Below, piece after piece: positions 12,158 through 25,069 of a DNA stretch of 64,000 nucleotides. Numbering within the stretch: position 1 is the stretch's first letter; each line of letters starts with the position of its first letter. The translations under genes and the position numbers were made by a program. Below the pieces are notes generated by a model. The model did no database searches and had not been told where the DNA came from. It was given only the letters and a program-made list of their open reading frames with translations. The stretch is from Massalongia carnosa (taxonomy: Eukaryota), in the NCBI GenBank assembly GCA_965645245.1, contig OZ287072.1:992001-1056000 (forward strand), given 5' to 3'.

Positions 12158-13495
12158 ATGTTACATTTGCGCTTTAAATGTCGCAACTACTCTCTGGACG
12201 CGTGCAGACTGCTTCCGTCGCAGAGGTTTTGGTATCACAGCACTACAGTTTCTCCACTCCACTCTCTCTCCGCGGCATTGCTAGGGAGAGCTCGATCCGT
12301 TTCCGCCGAACATGCGCAGCTTTCGAAGCATCTTGCAAGCGGATATGATATCGCGGTAGCTCGAAAATTAGGGGAGCTCTCCACTACCGCGAAAGCCCTC
12401 GAGAATTGGGAACTAGCTCAAAATGTTGGCCTAGGTTTCCTTTACCCGAGAAAATCACTAATACCCATGTAGTCACTTTCAGAACTCCAGAAGCTTCTCG
12501 TAGACCCGACGACTGATGCAGAACTGCGTTCTTTGGCAGCCGATGAAATTGGAAGTACATCAGATGCTCTACATCAGTTGTCAAACCACCTTCAAGCAAG
12601 CTTGCTTCCAGTTCATCCGTTTGCTGGGCTGCCATGTCTCCTGGAGATTCGGCCAGGGGCCGGAGGATCAGAAGCCGCGCTTTTCGTCGGCGATCTCTTG
12701 CGCATGTACCAAGCTTTTTGCAAACGTCATAGCCTTCGGTGCAATATTCTAAAGCTAGACGACGCACCCTCGGTTGGGGGAGCGTCGGGTAACGAGGTCC
12801 AAGAAGTGGTGCTTGAAATTGACGCTGTAAGCGCCTATGATTTGCTCAGATGTGAAGCTGGAGTTCATAGGGTGCAGAGGGTACCTACCACTGAAAGCAA
12901 AGGTAGAACACATACAAGCGCAGTGTCTGTCATGGTGCTACCAAGTTTTCCGAGCGATGGTTCGGAAGAGCTTGGAGCGGATAGCTTCGAAAATCCTTCA
13001 AGTGATTACTTTGTGGACCCTAAGGAGGTAAGGACGGACGTTATGCGTGCTAAAGGCGCAGGCGGCCAGCATGTCAATACTACTGATTCCGCTGTCCGCC
13101 TTACACATATACCAACCGGTACCGTTGTAGCTATACAAGACTCAAGATCGCAGCCAAAGAATAGACAGAAAGCTTGGCAAATTCTACGGGCTAGAATTGC
13201 CCAAGCACGACGTGAAGCTCGTGAAGAAGAAATGGCGCAACTTCGAGTCAGCGTCATTGGTGTCGCCAGGATGGGTCGTGGAGATAAGGTCCGAACCTAT
13301 AATTGGAGTCAACAAAGAGTCACTGATCACCGGAGTGGTCTAACGCTGAACCATCTTGATAATATACTTGAAGGCGGGGAGAGTCTTGATAAAATAATGG
13401 AAAGTGTTAAAACTTGGAGTAGGGAACGGGATGTTGAATCTCTCATCGCAGACGAAGAGGCTAAGGCTAAAAACCCCAATACAAAGCCGAGATAA
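12158..13495 (+). CDS. MRF1: Mitochondrial peptide chain release factor 1; intron 12425-12472
   Basis: EIRPGAGGSEAALF, GVHRVQRVPTTESKGRTHTS (PxT), GAGGQHVNTTDSAVRLTH (GGQ) and RTYNWSQQRVTDHR. The Arg/Leu/Ser-rich N-terminus resembles a presequence, and the intron joins the two ORFs in frame. Confidence 0.92.
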
Positions 13496-14699
13496 ATAAG
13501 ACTGTTGAAAGGTCTCCAAACGCTTCATCACTTAAAATTTATAGTGACGCCCGTCCGGAGATACTATTGCATACACATCGATCGGAAAGACCTTTCATGA
13601 GTTGGGTACAACTCTAGAATACAAACTTACATTAAAGAGAGATTTTCGCGGAGGCATATAGCTAAAACAGTATTATGATCCTTTATCTCGTCAAGATATG
13701 TCTCAAGCTACTGATCAAAAGGAACCCGAACTCACAATGTTAGACTATGATGCTGTTCATCGCACTCATAACAAGATTAAGCGGTCACCTTTGGGTAATC
13801 GAAGCTATGCCGTTAATTTAAGTCGCCGCTAGCGAGACCTTTACCTAGTTCAATGATTTATTCGAGGCAGCTCTACAAGCCTTCCGCCGTGATTGAACAC
13901 CCAGGTAGCAACTCTGAGCGAAGCAATCCGTGGAGCAAATAGGTGCGCAATATGGCATATCCTTCAGATACTACTTCGAGGTTCTAAAGAAATTGAATCC
14001 ACTCTGGTAACACCTCGTGTATCCAAAACCAAGCTTAGCGCGGAGTTGTTTCCGTGAGGCAGCACTTAGGGAGGTTACGATTGACAAGGCAAGGAATTCG
14101 GTTCCCAGTTTCAATGCCTGCATAGCGTTCCAACACAAAGGAGAGATACACACACCAGAAACGGTGCATCGCTAGCTTGGAACATTATCTTGATGTATGG
14201 ACCTCGGTGAAGGGGCTTGATGATGATTGCCGCGTTATCCTTAACTCCAAGGCGATGTTACAATTTTTGAAAGCAGTTGGGCATGGCAGAGATGTGTTGC
14301 TTAACAAAGGCTGATGCAAGGGATATGTATATCAATAGGAAAGGGGAAGGGTGGTTTGGTAAAAAGAAGAATAGCATCGCAACCTCTAATACCTTTTCAT
14401 TATCTAGTTATGAATCTAGGATTAGCTTCAAATTAGATGATGCAGAAGCACTCATCAGCATCAGCAAATTCATCCAGTCGATACCGAGGGCCCTTTGCTC
14501 CGCCAGATCATGTCCACCAATCTTCAATTCTTCTTTATTCGACCCCTTTTTCTATCTCTGTTTACTTCTCAGATCGCTCCTGTCCCTAAATCAAATCCCG
14601 CAGACTCTCAGTCAAGGTTCTCACGTCTCTTCCACCATCAGTTAATCTTCACAGATACTCGATCACTTTTCTTTTGACCTCTTTTCCCACATCCGTCCG

Positions 14700-15068
14700 T
14701 CACCTAAACCACTCTCGTCCCCGAATCAAATCGTCCAGATACTCCACCGGCTCGCCCTGAGGAAAGGGCCCCTCTTGCGGAAACATGTCCATAGTACGGA
14801 AAAAGCCCTCCTGCAGCAACCCCAGCATCTCTTGCACAATTGGATCATAGATGGGCGCGCGGCGCATCTCGCCCAGCCACTCTGGGCGATAGCGCCGTGT
14901 GCGATTGAAGAGGTAGGAGATGTCTGCAGGCCGGATTTTTTGGTTGGGGAAGTTTTTGCTGAGAATGCGGTTAATCTGCCGGTCGCTCTCCGTGGTGTGG
15001 ATGCGGAGAAGGCAGAGACTCGCAAGGACAATGGTTGGGCCATTGAGAGGGACGGTGGTTCGATCCAT
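14700..15068 (-). CDS. Hypothetical 122-aa protein
   Basis: ATG-initiated GC-richer ORF, with a TATATAAAT-like element about 150 bp upstream on the minus strand. No family recognised. Confidence 0.45.
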   Translation of the reverse strand: MDRTTVPLNGPTIVLASLCLLRIHTTESDRQINRILSKNFPNQKIRPADISYLFNRTRRYRPEWLGEMRRAPIYDPIVQEMLGLLQEGFFRTMDMFPQEGPFPQGEPVEYLDDLIRGREWFR

Positions 15069-18000
15069 TTAACTGTCTGGAAGTAGGAATAATATTGCGT
15101 GTGTGGGTTTGCTTTGGTGGCGGGGACTACAAGGAAGTCTAGTTCTGTTCAGGATGAAGAAAATTTAAAAAGGGGAAGATGAAGGGTGGTTTGCGTTTCC
15201 GCAAAAGGTTTGGTTAGTATTTATATATATATTCAGGTCAGTGCGGGCACCTTGCTAGCCAGACGCCCTCCTACTTTAGCACACAAAGGTGCGAGGAAAG
15301 GGGAATCATCACTTTCACCTACTACTATGAACGAAAGACCTAGGGGTTTGAGACAAAGCGTGGGCTAGCTCAACGGTATACCTACATTATCCTTTGTGTT
15401 TCTTGGTTCCCTTTCAGGAGGCACATCTTGTTCGTCAATCCTTATGTTGTTTTCATTTTGATCAGCAGATTTGTGGCTTGTCGATTGTTTTATTATTCCA
15501 TTGTTCTCCCACCACTCTTTTAAGCAAAGACACGCACTCCAACTCAACGGTTTGAGAAAACCCGACTAAAAAAATCTTCCTATTCGCGAAACGGGACTTC
15601 GGCTCATTGTTATTCGCATGTTTTTTTTGAACGTTTTTGTATTGGGTTTGGAAGTGTTATGTGTGTCTGACAGGTCATTGCACTCTTTCTTTTTACATTT
15701 CCCGGCTCCCTTTCCTGCCTTCACTTCACTTCACTTCACGTATTTGGATTCAAAATAGTTGCCTCATAAATCTTCCTACCTTTCCCCTCTTTCCTCTGCT
15801 CGGATGAGGGAAAGAAGAAAGAATGATGTCGCCCAGTCAGCCTCCCAGTCATCATCAAATTTATCTCTTTCCACGCTCTTCCCTCCTATTTATCCCATTC
15901 CATTGACTACATCCCCATCACCTATCACACACTCTCTCCAATTCAGATTCCCAGAACTCATTTTCACACGCCTTGACTCCTTTGTTCCTATTCCCCCGGG
16001 CAATTACGGGCGATGCTTAACTGAACCTGGGGTTAATGACTGTTTTTGTTCTGGGATATTTAAATAATGGCGCTTAGGAATGGGAAAAGAGGTGGGGCGC
16101 GAGGGTATTTCGGAGAAGGAAAAGGGACACTTTGGGAGCGAAGTAGGGGTGGGCAAGACGCAGTGCAGTGTTGGAACGGGGTAGAAGGTAGGAGTTGCGC
16201 TGAGGCGAAGGAAGCGGAGTGAACGCAGGTCATCCAAAATTGAAGCTTTTAGTAAACACCATTTAACTTTACCCTCCCAATCTTCTCTAAATACGATTAT
16301 AGGCAAAACCCCCCCCCCCGGCTCATGTCACTCAAGGCCTCCTCGTCTCCTGCCTCTGCCTCACATTCCCCCTCACGTCGTCTTTACCCGGATTCTCCCT
16401 CTCGTACAGCTCACGCTTCTCCTCCGGTCCTCCCGGCCCCTCGAAACGGCTGGCTTTTGTGGCGCTATTTTGCGTTGTGAATCTAGAGGAAGAGGGAAAA
16501 CAAGGGAGAGGAGAATTGTACGCAATAAGAGAAGCGTCCAAGATTGGGCTGGAGAAAGAGGGAAGAGGGAGGGAGGGAATAAGCAAAAATACTTGATACT
16601 TAAACTTACCATCTAGCAGCATCGATATCTCCAGCTTCTTCCACGGGGATCTCACGATTATCACCTGCGCCTGAGGCGGCGGAACCGACTGTCACGGTGC
16701 TGTCTGGGAATTTTGAGGTGGCGGCTTCGTTGATGCCGCTGTCATCTACTAGACGGGGGAAGGCGGATGGAAACGAGGAATCAGCAGTGTTTAGTTCCTT
16801 AGGGGGGGGCGGAAAGGGTGGAGGGGAAAGATGAATCGGAAGTAAAACTCTTTTTTTGCGCCGGGGGAGTTTAGGTCACGCTCGGCTTGGTGGGCGAGGG
16901 TAAGAGGCTCTTGGGAAGCGTAGTTGGCGGACATGTTTAAGGCCTGTTTGTGGGTTTGTAGCGGTTTTGGACTGAAAATATTCCCCGTAAAAAGCCAAGC
17001 CCATAAGATGGAAGGGCGTTTTCGATCGAAAGTGAAAGGTTTCTCTTTTCATGGTAAAGTTTGGGACGATGATGTCATCGACTGTGATGATGTAACAATT
17101 GATGGACCGTGCTTTGGATTACTACTTCGGTGCTACCAACAAAATTAGTATTCGTTTTGGCTGCTGTCTGAGTTCTTTGCTGCACCCTTCAACTCTTACC
17201 TGAAGGAAAGGGAGGGTCTTCCAGGCGTCTGGAATCTACGACAGACGAGAAGCTCCCATACACATCCCCCTTCCAGCTCGTTATGCTTTTTGCGACACAG
17301 CTTCCTGATCGTGTTACTCCGATATAGTCACGATGGGGAACACCGGTGTTGGACATGAATGGTGAGACAGAATGAGCGACGGGAACACACATCAAAAAGG
17401 GGGTTTTGCAAGTGATGGAAGTAGCTTAGTCATCGGCTATATTGCCTCAAGTCTGCAAGGATCAATATCCGACCTTTCCCCATCTGGCAGGCGTACCGCT
17501 GACGTCATCTCTCTTTTCGACCGTTTTTCCATCATTCTGCATCAAGAACATTATTCACTGGCTGAATGAAACATAATTCTTCTACATCTGTGCTGCAGAC
17601 AAAAGACTGCAACCTTTCAGGGATCTGCTGCAAACAACAAGACTGGCTGGAATAGGAAGCCCAGGCGAGCCAAGCGGAGCCAAGCTTCCGGGTACCTGAT
17701 CTCAGGATTAAGAACTGAGAACTGAGAAGAGCAAGTGGAACACTTCACCCTTTTCTTTGGAGACGATGGACCGATTGGAACCTTGTGGGACGATTCCGTC
17801 TCACATTGGGCCATTGGCATGGAGCAGCTCAACAAGGGCGGTAACGTTTAAATACCCGGAGGGACAGAAGAGGTGTTTGTCGATGTGTAACACAAAACTC
17901 GATGACATGACGGAGTCCCTTGCATCACCTCGGGACGAAAACTTTTGTGGTCTTGCTGCACTCATGTAGGTAGTGCAGTGATAGGCAGATAAACAGGCAG

Positions 18001-18353
18001 TTGGGTAGGCAGGAAGAGAGGTGGGCAGGTGAGTTTATGTATGTAGCTAGGTGAACTAGGTGAACTAGGTGAACTAGGTAGGTGCCTGAGTAGGGCAGAG
18101 GGTCATGTTAGGGCAAGACAAATAAATGCCCGTTGGAGGCAAAAAGAGCTCCTGTCCAGCTGAAGCCGTTTGCTCACATTCAAAAGAGAGTCGATGTCTC
18201 ACTTCTTTATCATTTTTCGTATTTTTCTGCTGGTCAAACATTCGGACTTCATCATTTATATTCAGCGCTGGTACGTTCGGCGTCTTCTCTCGCGTCTTTC
18301 TTCCTACACACGTCCATCCACTAATTACCTCAGCATTTCATCTTCAGCCCCTC

Positions 18354-20455
18354 ATGCGGTCCTTCACTTATCCCTATCGTCTGCTATCAGTCCTGGTGAC
18401 GTTGATTGGAGCTCAAGCTGCTGTGACTTTTGTTTCGAATCTTGTCGTGCTTGAGAGCTTACCGGCGGTTCCGCAAGGATGGCGCCAAGGTGTTTCCGTG
18501 CCTGCGCAGGAACTTCTGAGATTTCGCATCGCACTGAAGCAGGAGAACGCCTTTGCTTTTGAACAACATGTAATTGACATTAGCACCCCCGATCATCCCA
18601 AATATGGTCAGCATATGAAGCGTGACGAACTTAAAGCGATGTTGCGCCCCAGCTCCAACGCCTCAACAGCGGTTTTGCAGTGGCTCTCGAAGGAACATGT
18701 CCAGACTACAGATGTTGAAGATGATGGCGACTGGATTAACTTCTCCGTGGCGGCGGCTAATGCTGAGCGGATGTTGAATACCAAGTTTTATTACTACACC
18801 GGCTCCATGGGCAAAACCATGATAATCCGAACTCTTCGCTATTCCGTCCCTGAGAAACTGCACCAGTACGTTCAAATGATTCAGCCCACCACTCGCTTTG
18901 GTGAGATCCGTTCACAACACTCGACACTTTTTAAGCAATTTGATATTGGTCCTGCCAGGAACGCACAGGCTTCCTATAGCCACAACGCTGGCTTTAATGC
19001 TACGTTCTGTAATTCCACAATCACCCCGGACTGTCTCAAATATCTCTACAATTTCGCAGGGTATGAATCCAAGCCAAATAAAGGTATATCCTTCCCTCGG
19101 GGATGCTGTAATCTCGACAAAGATGGATGTAGTCAAGCTGACACGATCCAGCCAATATCATCGGAGTCGGTGGTTTCTTGAAAGAATACGCACGATATAA
19201 TGATTCCGCTGCGTTCAAGAAGAAATATGCGACATATGCCGAGAATACGACCTTTGAATATGTACTGATAAACGGTGGCCTAAACAAGCAAATCGACCCG
19301 GTCGATGACTCCAGCGAGGGTAACGTGGACGTGCAATACGCGTATCCTCTCAGCTATCCGGCAAGAGCCATATATTACAGCACTGGTGGGCTTGGAGAAA
19401 TAGTGCCTGACAACGATCAACCCGTAGCCGCTCACAATTCAAACGAACCTTATTTGGACTTCTTGCACTACCTTTTAGCTTTACCCGACAACGAGTTACC
19501 TACCACGCTAACTATTTCCTACGGCGAAACCGAGCAGAGTGTTCCTAAGCCTTGTAAGTGAAGAGTTCTTTTCATTGACCATCTGCTAACTCATCGCAGA
19601 CAAAAACCAAACCTGCAGCCTCTTTGCTCAACTTGGTGCGCGCGGTGTTTCTACTCTCTTCTCTAGCGGCGACACTGGTGTGGGGAGTGCATGCCAGACC
19701 AATGATGGGAAGAATGCTACTCGCTTTCTGCCCGAGTTTCCTGCCTCATGCCCATTCGTTACGGCGGTTGGAGCGACTTATCATGTTGAACCTGAGCGAG
19801 CCGTTGCTTTCTCATCTGGTGGATTTTCCGATTTCTTCCCTCGACCGACGTATCAAGACGCTGCGGTAAAGCAGTACCTTGGTATACTCGGGGATAGATG
19901 GACGGGCTTGTACAATCCCGAAGGTCGTGGCATTCCGGATGTTGCGGCTCAGGGCTATAATTTTACAGTTATTGACCAAGGCCGACAACTTAAGGTTGGC
20001 GGTACAAGGTAGGCTGAGCGTTCAAGCAGTCCTCGGAGTTGGATCAAGTACTAATCCTCTTAAGCGCTGCTGTCCCAACCTTTGCAGCAGTCATCTCCCT
20101 CCTTAACGGCGAGCGAATCTCTTCCGGGAAACCTCCTCTCGGCTTCCTTAACCCTTTCATTTACAGCGTCGGCTTTAAAGGGCTCAATGACATCGATGCC
20201 GGTGGATCGAACGGTTGCAACGGTAAAGATCAATACTCCGGCCTCAAAACGCCTATTGTTCGGTATGCGAGCTGGAACGCCACCCAGGGCTGGGATCCAG
20301 TCACCGGGTACGGAACACCTAATTTTCGAAAGCTATTGGCCATTTCCCGGCATTACCACCGCCGACAAGGAGCCGCCAGCCGGCCAAAGCTAGGGTATGC
20401 TCCAATTTCGGAGTATGAGTACTATCCTGCTCCGAAATGGGGTTACGGAGGGTGA
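18354..20455 (+). CDS. Secreted tripeptidyl-peptidase / sedolisin (peptidase S53), 4 exons
   Basis: Signal peptide, pro-domain ([12 protein letters not shown]), [10 protein letters not shown], catalytic EGNVD, oxyanion [25 protein letters not shown] across an intron, and the Ca-site [13 protein letters not shown]. Confidence 0.93.
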
Positions 20456-20733
20456 AAAGGGGCTAAAGTAGAGAATCACGAAGCTTTGGCGGTTTGGAGC
20501 ATTTCCGAGTTTGGACACGCTTCTAGAGAGAACTTGAGATGCGGCGACGTAGAGAAAATCAATTTCGGGCTTGGAATAACAAATTCAATTTCTAATGGTA
20601 ATTGTAACTATAGCTTCAATTCATCGTGGATGGCAGTTTAATGTTATTCTTCTCCAGCTCATTGCCTTTTTCCCCTTTATGATCCTTTAATCCCTCAACT
20701 TTCCAGCACCAACCCTTGATCGGCAAATAACGA

Positions 20734-20771
20734 CCCACCCCCACCCCCACCCCCACCCCCACCCCCACCCC
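20734..20771. repeat. (CCCCCA)n hexamer microsatellite
   Basis: Directly visible in the intergenic region between the convergent peptidase genes; a (CTA)n run follows at about 20960-20980. Confidence 0.85.
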
Positions 20772-21280
20772 TCTGCCATTCTTGTTCAACCTCTCAATTT
20801 CCGCCAAAGGCCACTTTTCCTCTTCCTCGCCCACCACCTCTCTTACCGCTAACTCGCTCACTCAACAACTTCCTCCCCTCTTTCCACCCTCTTCCCTATC
20901 CTCTCTTTCTTCTCTCCCCTATGCATCTATCCGTTCCTTCATCTACCCGAAAGAGCAGGACTACTACTACTACTACTACTGCAGAAAAGAGAGGCAGGGA
21001 ACTCCAGAAGCGTAAGATCACATAGCTAGAAATGAGAGATATTGGGGGGGGGGGGTTGAGTAGGTAGATGGATCCTTGCTGCACGGGGATCTTTGTTTGC
21101 TAGGTGTAATTTCTAGTTAATAACGATTACCCAGTGCCGACTCCTTCCTCTTTTTATGAAGAGGTTTTTACGTTCCGCACCTGCTCAGTGCATCACTCTC
21201 GAAGTCTCTTGTATGCGTAGCTTTTACTTAGAAACTCAGACTCGCTTATAGGAACCCCTTCCCGTATTCCCCGCTACTTC

Positions 21281-22946
21281 TCACGTCTTCTCAGTCGTAA
21301 AACCCCCCTTCTCCGTCAAACTTCCAATCCTTCCCAGCAGAAACTCTACCTGCCGATACGCCGCGCTAGGCGCATACTGCGGCACCATGTGCCCCGCCAA
21401 ACTCACCTCTACCCATGTAAGGCCGCGTTCAGTATGCGTGGTGCCAAACACCCCAGCCCCGGCCAGGGTCTCGAGGCTGGCATCTTTATGGTAGGGCACG
21501 AAAAACTCATCCGAAGGCTTTTCTTGGAAGCCTTGAAAGCCATGCCAGGTCATATTTTGGATCATGAGGAGGGTGCCGTTGGCGATGAGAATGTAGTCGA
21601 GGGCGCCGTGGGCGATGATGGTGCGGTTCAGGCCTTCGATCACGCTCGGGAGCACGGAGAGACCGCTAGGGGGGGAATCGTCCTCAGTCAGCACGCCACT
21701 GGAGCATTCGGTCCACGGCTGGATGGGGGCGTTGATGGCCCTTTGGACGTCGGTTCGGTTGAAGTAAATTTCCGCGCCTGAGGGGAGGTAATCGAAAGAA
21801 CCTGGGAACCCGAGCACATCCCAGAGGAGCGGGCAGGTAGTGGCGATTTGGTAGATGTCGAAGCAGGGGTTTATAAGCGAGACGGCGTTGTAAATGTCGC
21901 CCCAGATTTCACAGCCTGGGGCTTTGGAGTCCGGAGGCGAGGGGAGGGGCCCTTTTGGCGGGTAAACGAGACCTTGGTTGAGGAAGGAGGTATAGTTGCA
22001 GGCGTCGGCTCGGGCGTGGATGTTGGCCGTGAATGAGGCGTTTAGGGAGAAGAGAGGAGCAAAACTGTCCACATAGGCGACGGCAGGGACTTTGTGGGTT
22101 CTTGGCATTAGTGGCCGGCTTCAAAAATAGGCTCACTTTGTTGACCTACTTTCTTCTTGAACGACGTCCAAGCTTGTGCTTGGATCGTAAATCAGGATTG
22201 ATTCCACATCATAGTACCCTGTATCATTTTTCTTCAACATTGCGTCTGCTATATACGGCACGTAGTACCCTGCATAGCTTTCGCCTGAAATAAACACCTT
22301 TTTGTGATGCAGGTCAAAGGTGTCCACAAAATTCTTGAAGAAGCCAAGAAATTGCGCAGCCACGTCATGTTCGTTCTTTGCGGTGGGCTTCCCTTGCGAA
22401 AAGCCTGTGCCCACAGGCTGCTCGACCCAGACCACGTTGGTCAAGTTTACCCAAGTGTACGGGTTCTTAACAGGCTTAAAAGTACCGTACTGCCATAGGA
22501 ATGGCCCGTTCTCTTGTAATAATCCTTCCAAAGAGCTACAGCCAGGGCCCCCGTTGAGCCAGATTGTAATTTCATCCTGTGCTAGTGGGTTCTGAGACGG
22601 AAAATACCAAAAGTAGAGCTTCCGGGTTTCGTTGAATTGATCCGAGATTGGCAAAAGGCCAGCGTACGATTCGCCGATGTCGAAATCAACATCAGGGATG
22701 GCTGTACCATTCACCACAAACTCTATGAAATCATTAACACAGCGGCTTCGTGGCAGCATTGGACATACTTTGTGTTTTTCTATTAAGATGTCTTGGAGCA
22801 AGCTTCGCTATTGATCCCGTATTTCCTTCTATTCTGGGCTGAATTCTAGATTCGGGCTTTGACAATCTCTTGCCAACATGTTGTGGGCTTCTTGCTGCCA
22901 CAAGGCAGGCTGTAGTAAGCAGGCCGAGGTATGTAAAAGCGCGCAT
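21281..22946 (-). CDS. Secreted serine carboxypeptidase (peptidase S10, CpdS-like), 3 exons
   Basis: Signal peptide [40 protein letters not shown], catalytic GESYAG, HGALDY and AGHMVPQY. Confidence 0.93.
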
Positions 22947-24272
22947 GATTTAGATGATACCACAGACAGTCTAAATGACTTAAGAAAAAGGGACATTCTT
23001 TGAAAGTTTTGGGAAATAGCTGCCTTTAACCTCTTCATGGCCGACAACCTCAGCTGCTGCCTCAGTAGATTAGATCGCTCTAAGGTACCGACGTTATTGC
23101 AGATCCTGATCTTGGTTGATCTAGAATCAGCATACTCAATTACGCGGTAACTGAGAGCAGGGTGAAGCTGTTGTCGGAGATTCGGAGGAGGCGAGGTAGG
23201 CATTATCATGCTGGATGACTGGCTTTCCACATATGAGAGGCTCCTTTGTCCTATCAAAAGCTTCTGTACTTGACGCATGATCCGCAAGCTCTTTTTCTAG
23301 ACCTTCCATTTCGAGCCGGTTCCTTTCGTCTCTACTCTTTTCTGTCGTCATCCAAATCTTATCTGGAAGGTCAACAAAGTTTATGCAGCAAGACGTAGGC
23401 TTGCTGGTGAGTTGCTGCCCTTACCGAGACAGCAAGCTTATTTCATCATGAACGAATGCCGAGAACTATCAGTGTACGAGGAAAGACTTTGGGGTTTTTA
23501 TAGAAATTGTCTTTTATTGCTTTATCTTGACTAACTTGTCGCCAGCCATTCTTCTAACTTGCTCTACCTAAGATGCACGGAATAACAATCGAGATCTTAA
23601 AGCTCAAGCAGAAATCGCTGCAGGATGTTGCTTTGCTGTCTTACTAGTGGAGAAACGACAAACACATATGTTGTGCTCCTGCCGCAACTGGCCACATATC
23701 TGCAAAGCTAACCAAGATGAGACACTATCCCGGACTGATTGGAAGATCTTTGAGGATGATATCGGCTGACGGAAACGATGCTTTCACACCATATTTTAAG
23801 GAAGGAAGCTAAAGATATGATATAGCAGTTCGTATGATAGGGACTGGAGCACTTCAATCGGCTCCTAAAGCTATGAAGACCGGGTTAGGTTGAGTATCAC
23901 GAGTATGTAGAAAAAGACGGCTGGAGCTTTTGCTGCTCGTGTGGATGGATGTCCGCGCGGACTGCGGAAAAAAGGATGGGCAGTTCCACTTTCGTGCCAG
24001 AACCTCAAAAAGGCTTAGTTAGCGCAGCTCTCCAGTGGAAAAGTCGTGTAACTGTAGTCGTTAGCGAGGTACAGAGTACCTTGTACCTTGGCACTTGGGA
24101 AGAGTTTGATGATTGAGACTCCTGTGATGTTTGCGATGTCTGCTGTGGTTCAGGCTGCGACAGTTTATGGGGCACTGATGCGTGTAGAATCTTTCGCTTC
24201 TTGCAGTCACAGACTAAAGCCAGGACAATTTCCACGCTGCTGGCATAGATAATCAAACAGGCTTATTTGGAC

Positions 24273-24711
24273 TATCACGAAGTCAGCCATTTTTAATAGA
24301 CGTTCTACAGAAATCGGAGGCCTAGAATCTCTGTACGTGCTATGCCGTTTTCGCTGCGAAATTCTCGTAGCGAAAACGGCATAGCTCGTACGGGCCCACA
24401 GTACTCCGTACTCAAACGACAATCCTCGTGAGCTGGTGTATCAAGGTGCTCTTTACTATTTGTCGCATTAAACTTAACCTCATGATTAAATAAAATTGAC
24501 ACGAATGAACTTATTATCTCGTTTAATAAAAGATGATCAATTGTGACAGTGATTCTAGACTGGAGTAGTAGAACAATTAAGTAATCAATTGTACGTCTAC
24601 CTAAGTGGTACTCTGCCAATCCGTGGCTCAGACATTAGAGTATGACTGTGTTCAGCATCGCTGAGTCATCAGGCTTAGTAATAATCAGCCTTATAGGGCG
24701 GCGCTGTAACA
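24273..24711. mobile_element. Possible degenerate solo LTR containing an internal hairpin (24333-24391)
   Basis: Ends in TGTAACA. The left end TATCACG could be a RIP-mutated TGTCACG. Interior is AT/TA-rich. No TSD found. Confidence 0.3.
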
Positions 24712-24714
24712 TGC

Positions 24715-24947
24715 CACGCGGTGCGAAAAATAGTTGACACACCAAAATATAAAATAATTATGATAGGCTACATCGTTAAGTAATACATTTCAAAAAAGTT
24801 AAGGTGAATTTGAACACATAACTCTATTACTCTATCAAGTCTGTTTTACTGGTTCATCTGTTGTTGCTTTTCTATATTATGTTGAAGCTTTGTAGTTTTA
24901 TGCGTACTGACGAGTTTTGGTGTGTCAACTTTTTTTCGCACCGCGTG
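24715..24947. mobile_element. MITE, 233 bp, about 33-bp terminal inverted repeats, 5-bp TSD CATGC
   Basis: Left CACGCGGTGCGAAAAATAGTTGACACACCAAAA and right TTTTGGTGTGTCAACTTTTTTTCGCACCGCGTG (1 mismatch). CATGC at 24710-24714 and 24948-24952. AT-rich non-coding interior. Confidence 0.85.
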
Positions 24948-24972
24948 CATGCATAATAATAAAAAACTGCTA

Positions 24973-25069
24973 TAATCGTCGGCTAGTCTCGCTTACCTCG
25001 GCCGACTCGAGGCGTTCGCCTCTAACGCCTCGAGTCGGCCGAGGTAAGCGAGAGACTAGCCGACGATTA
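24973..25069. repeat. Near-perfect foldback palindrome (44/46-bp arms, 7-nt loop)
   Basis: TAATCGTCGGCTAGTCTC-GCTTACCTCGGCCGACTCGAGGCGTT, loop CGCCTCT, then the reverse complement with a 2-nt insertion. TA at both ends. Confidence 0.9.
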
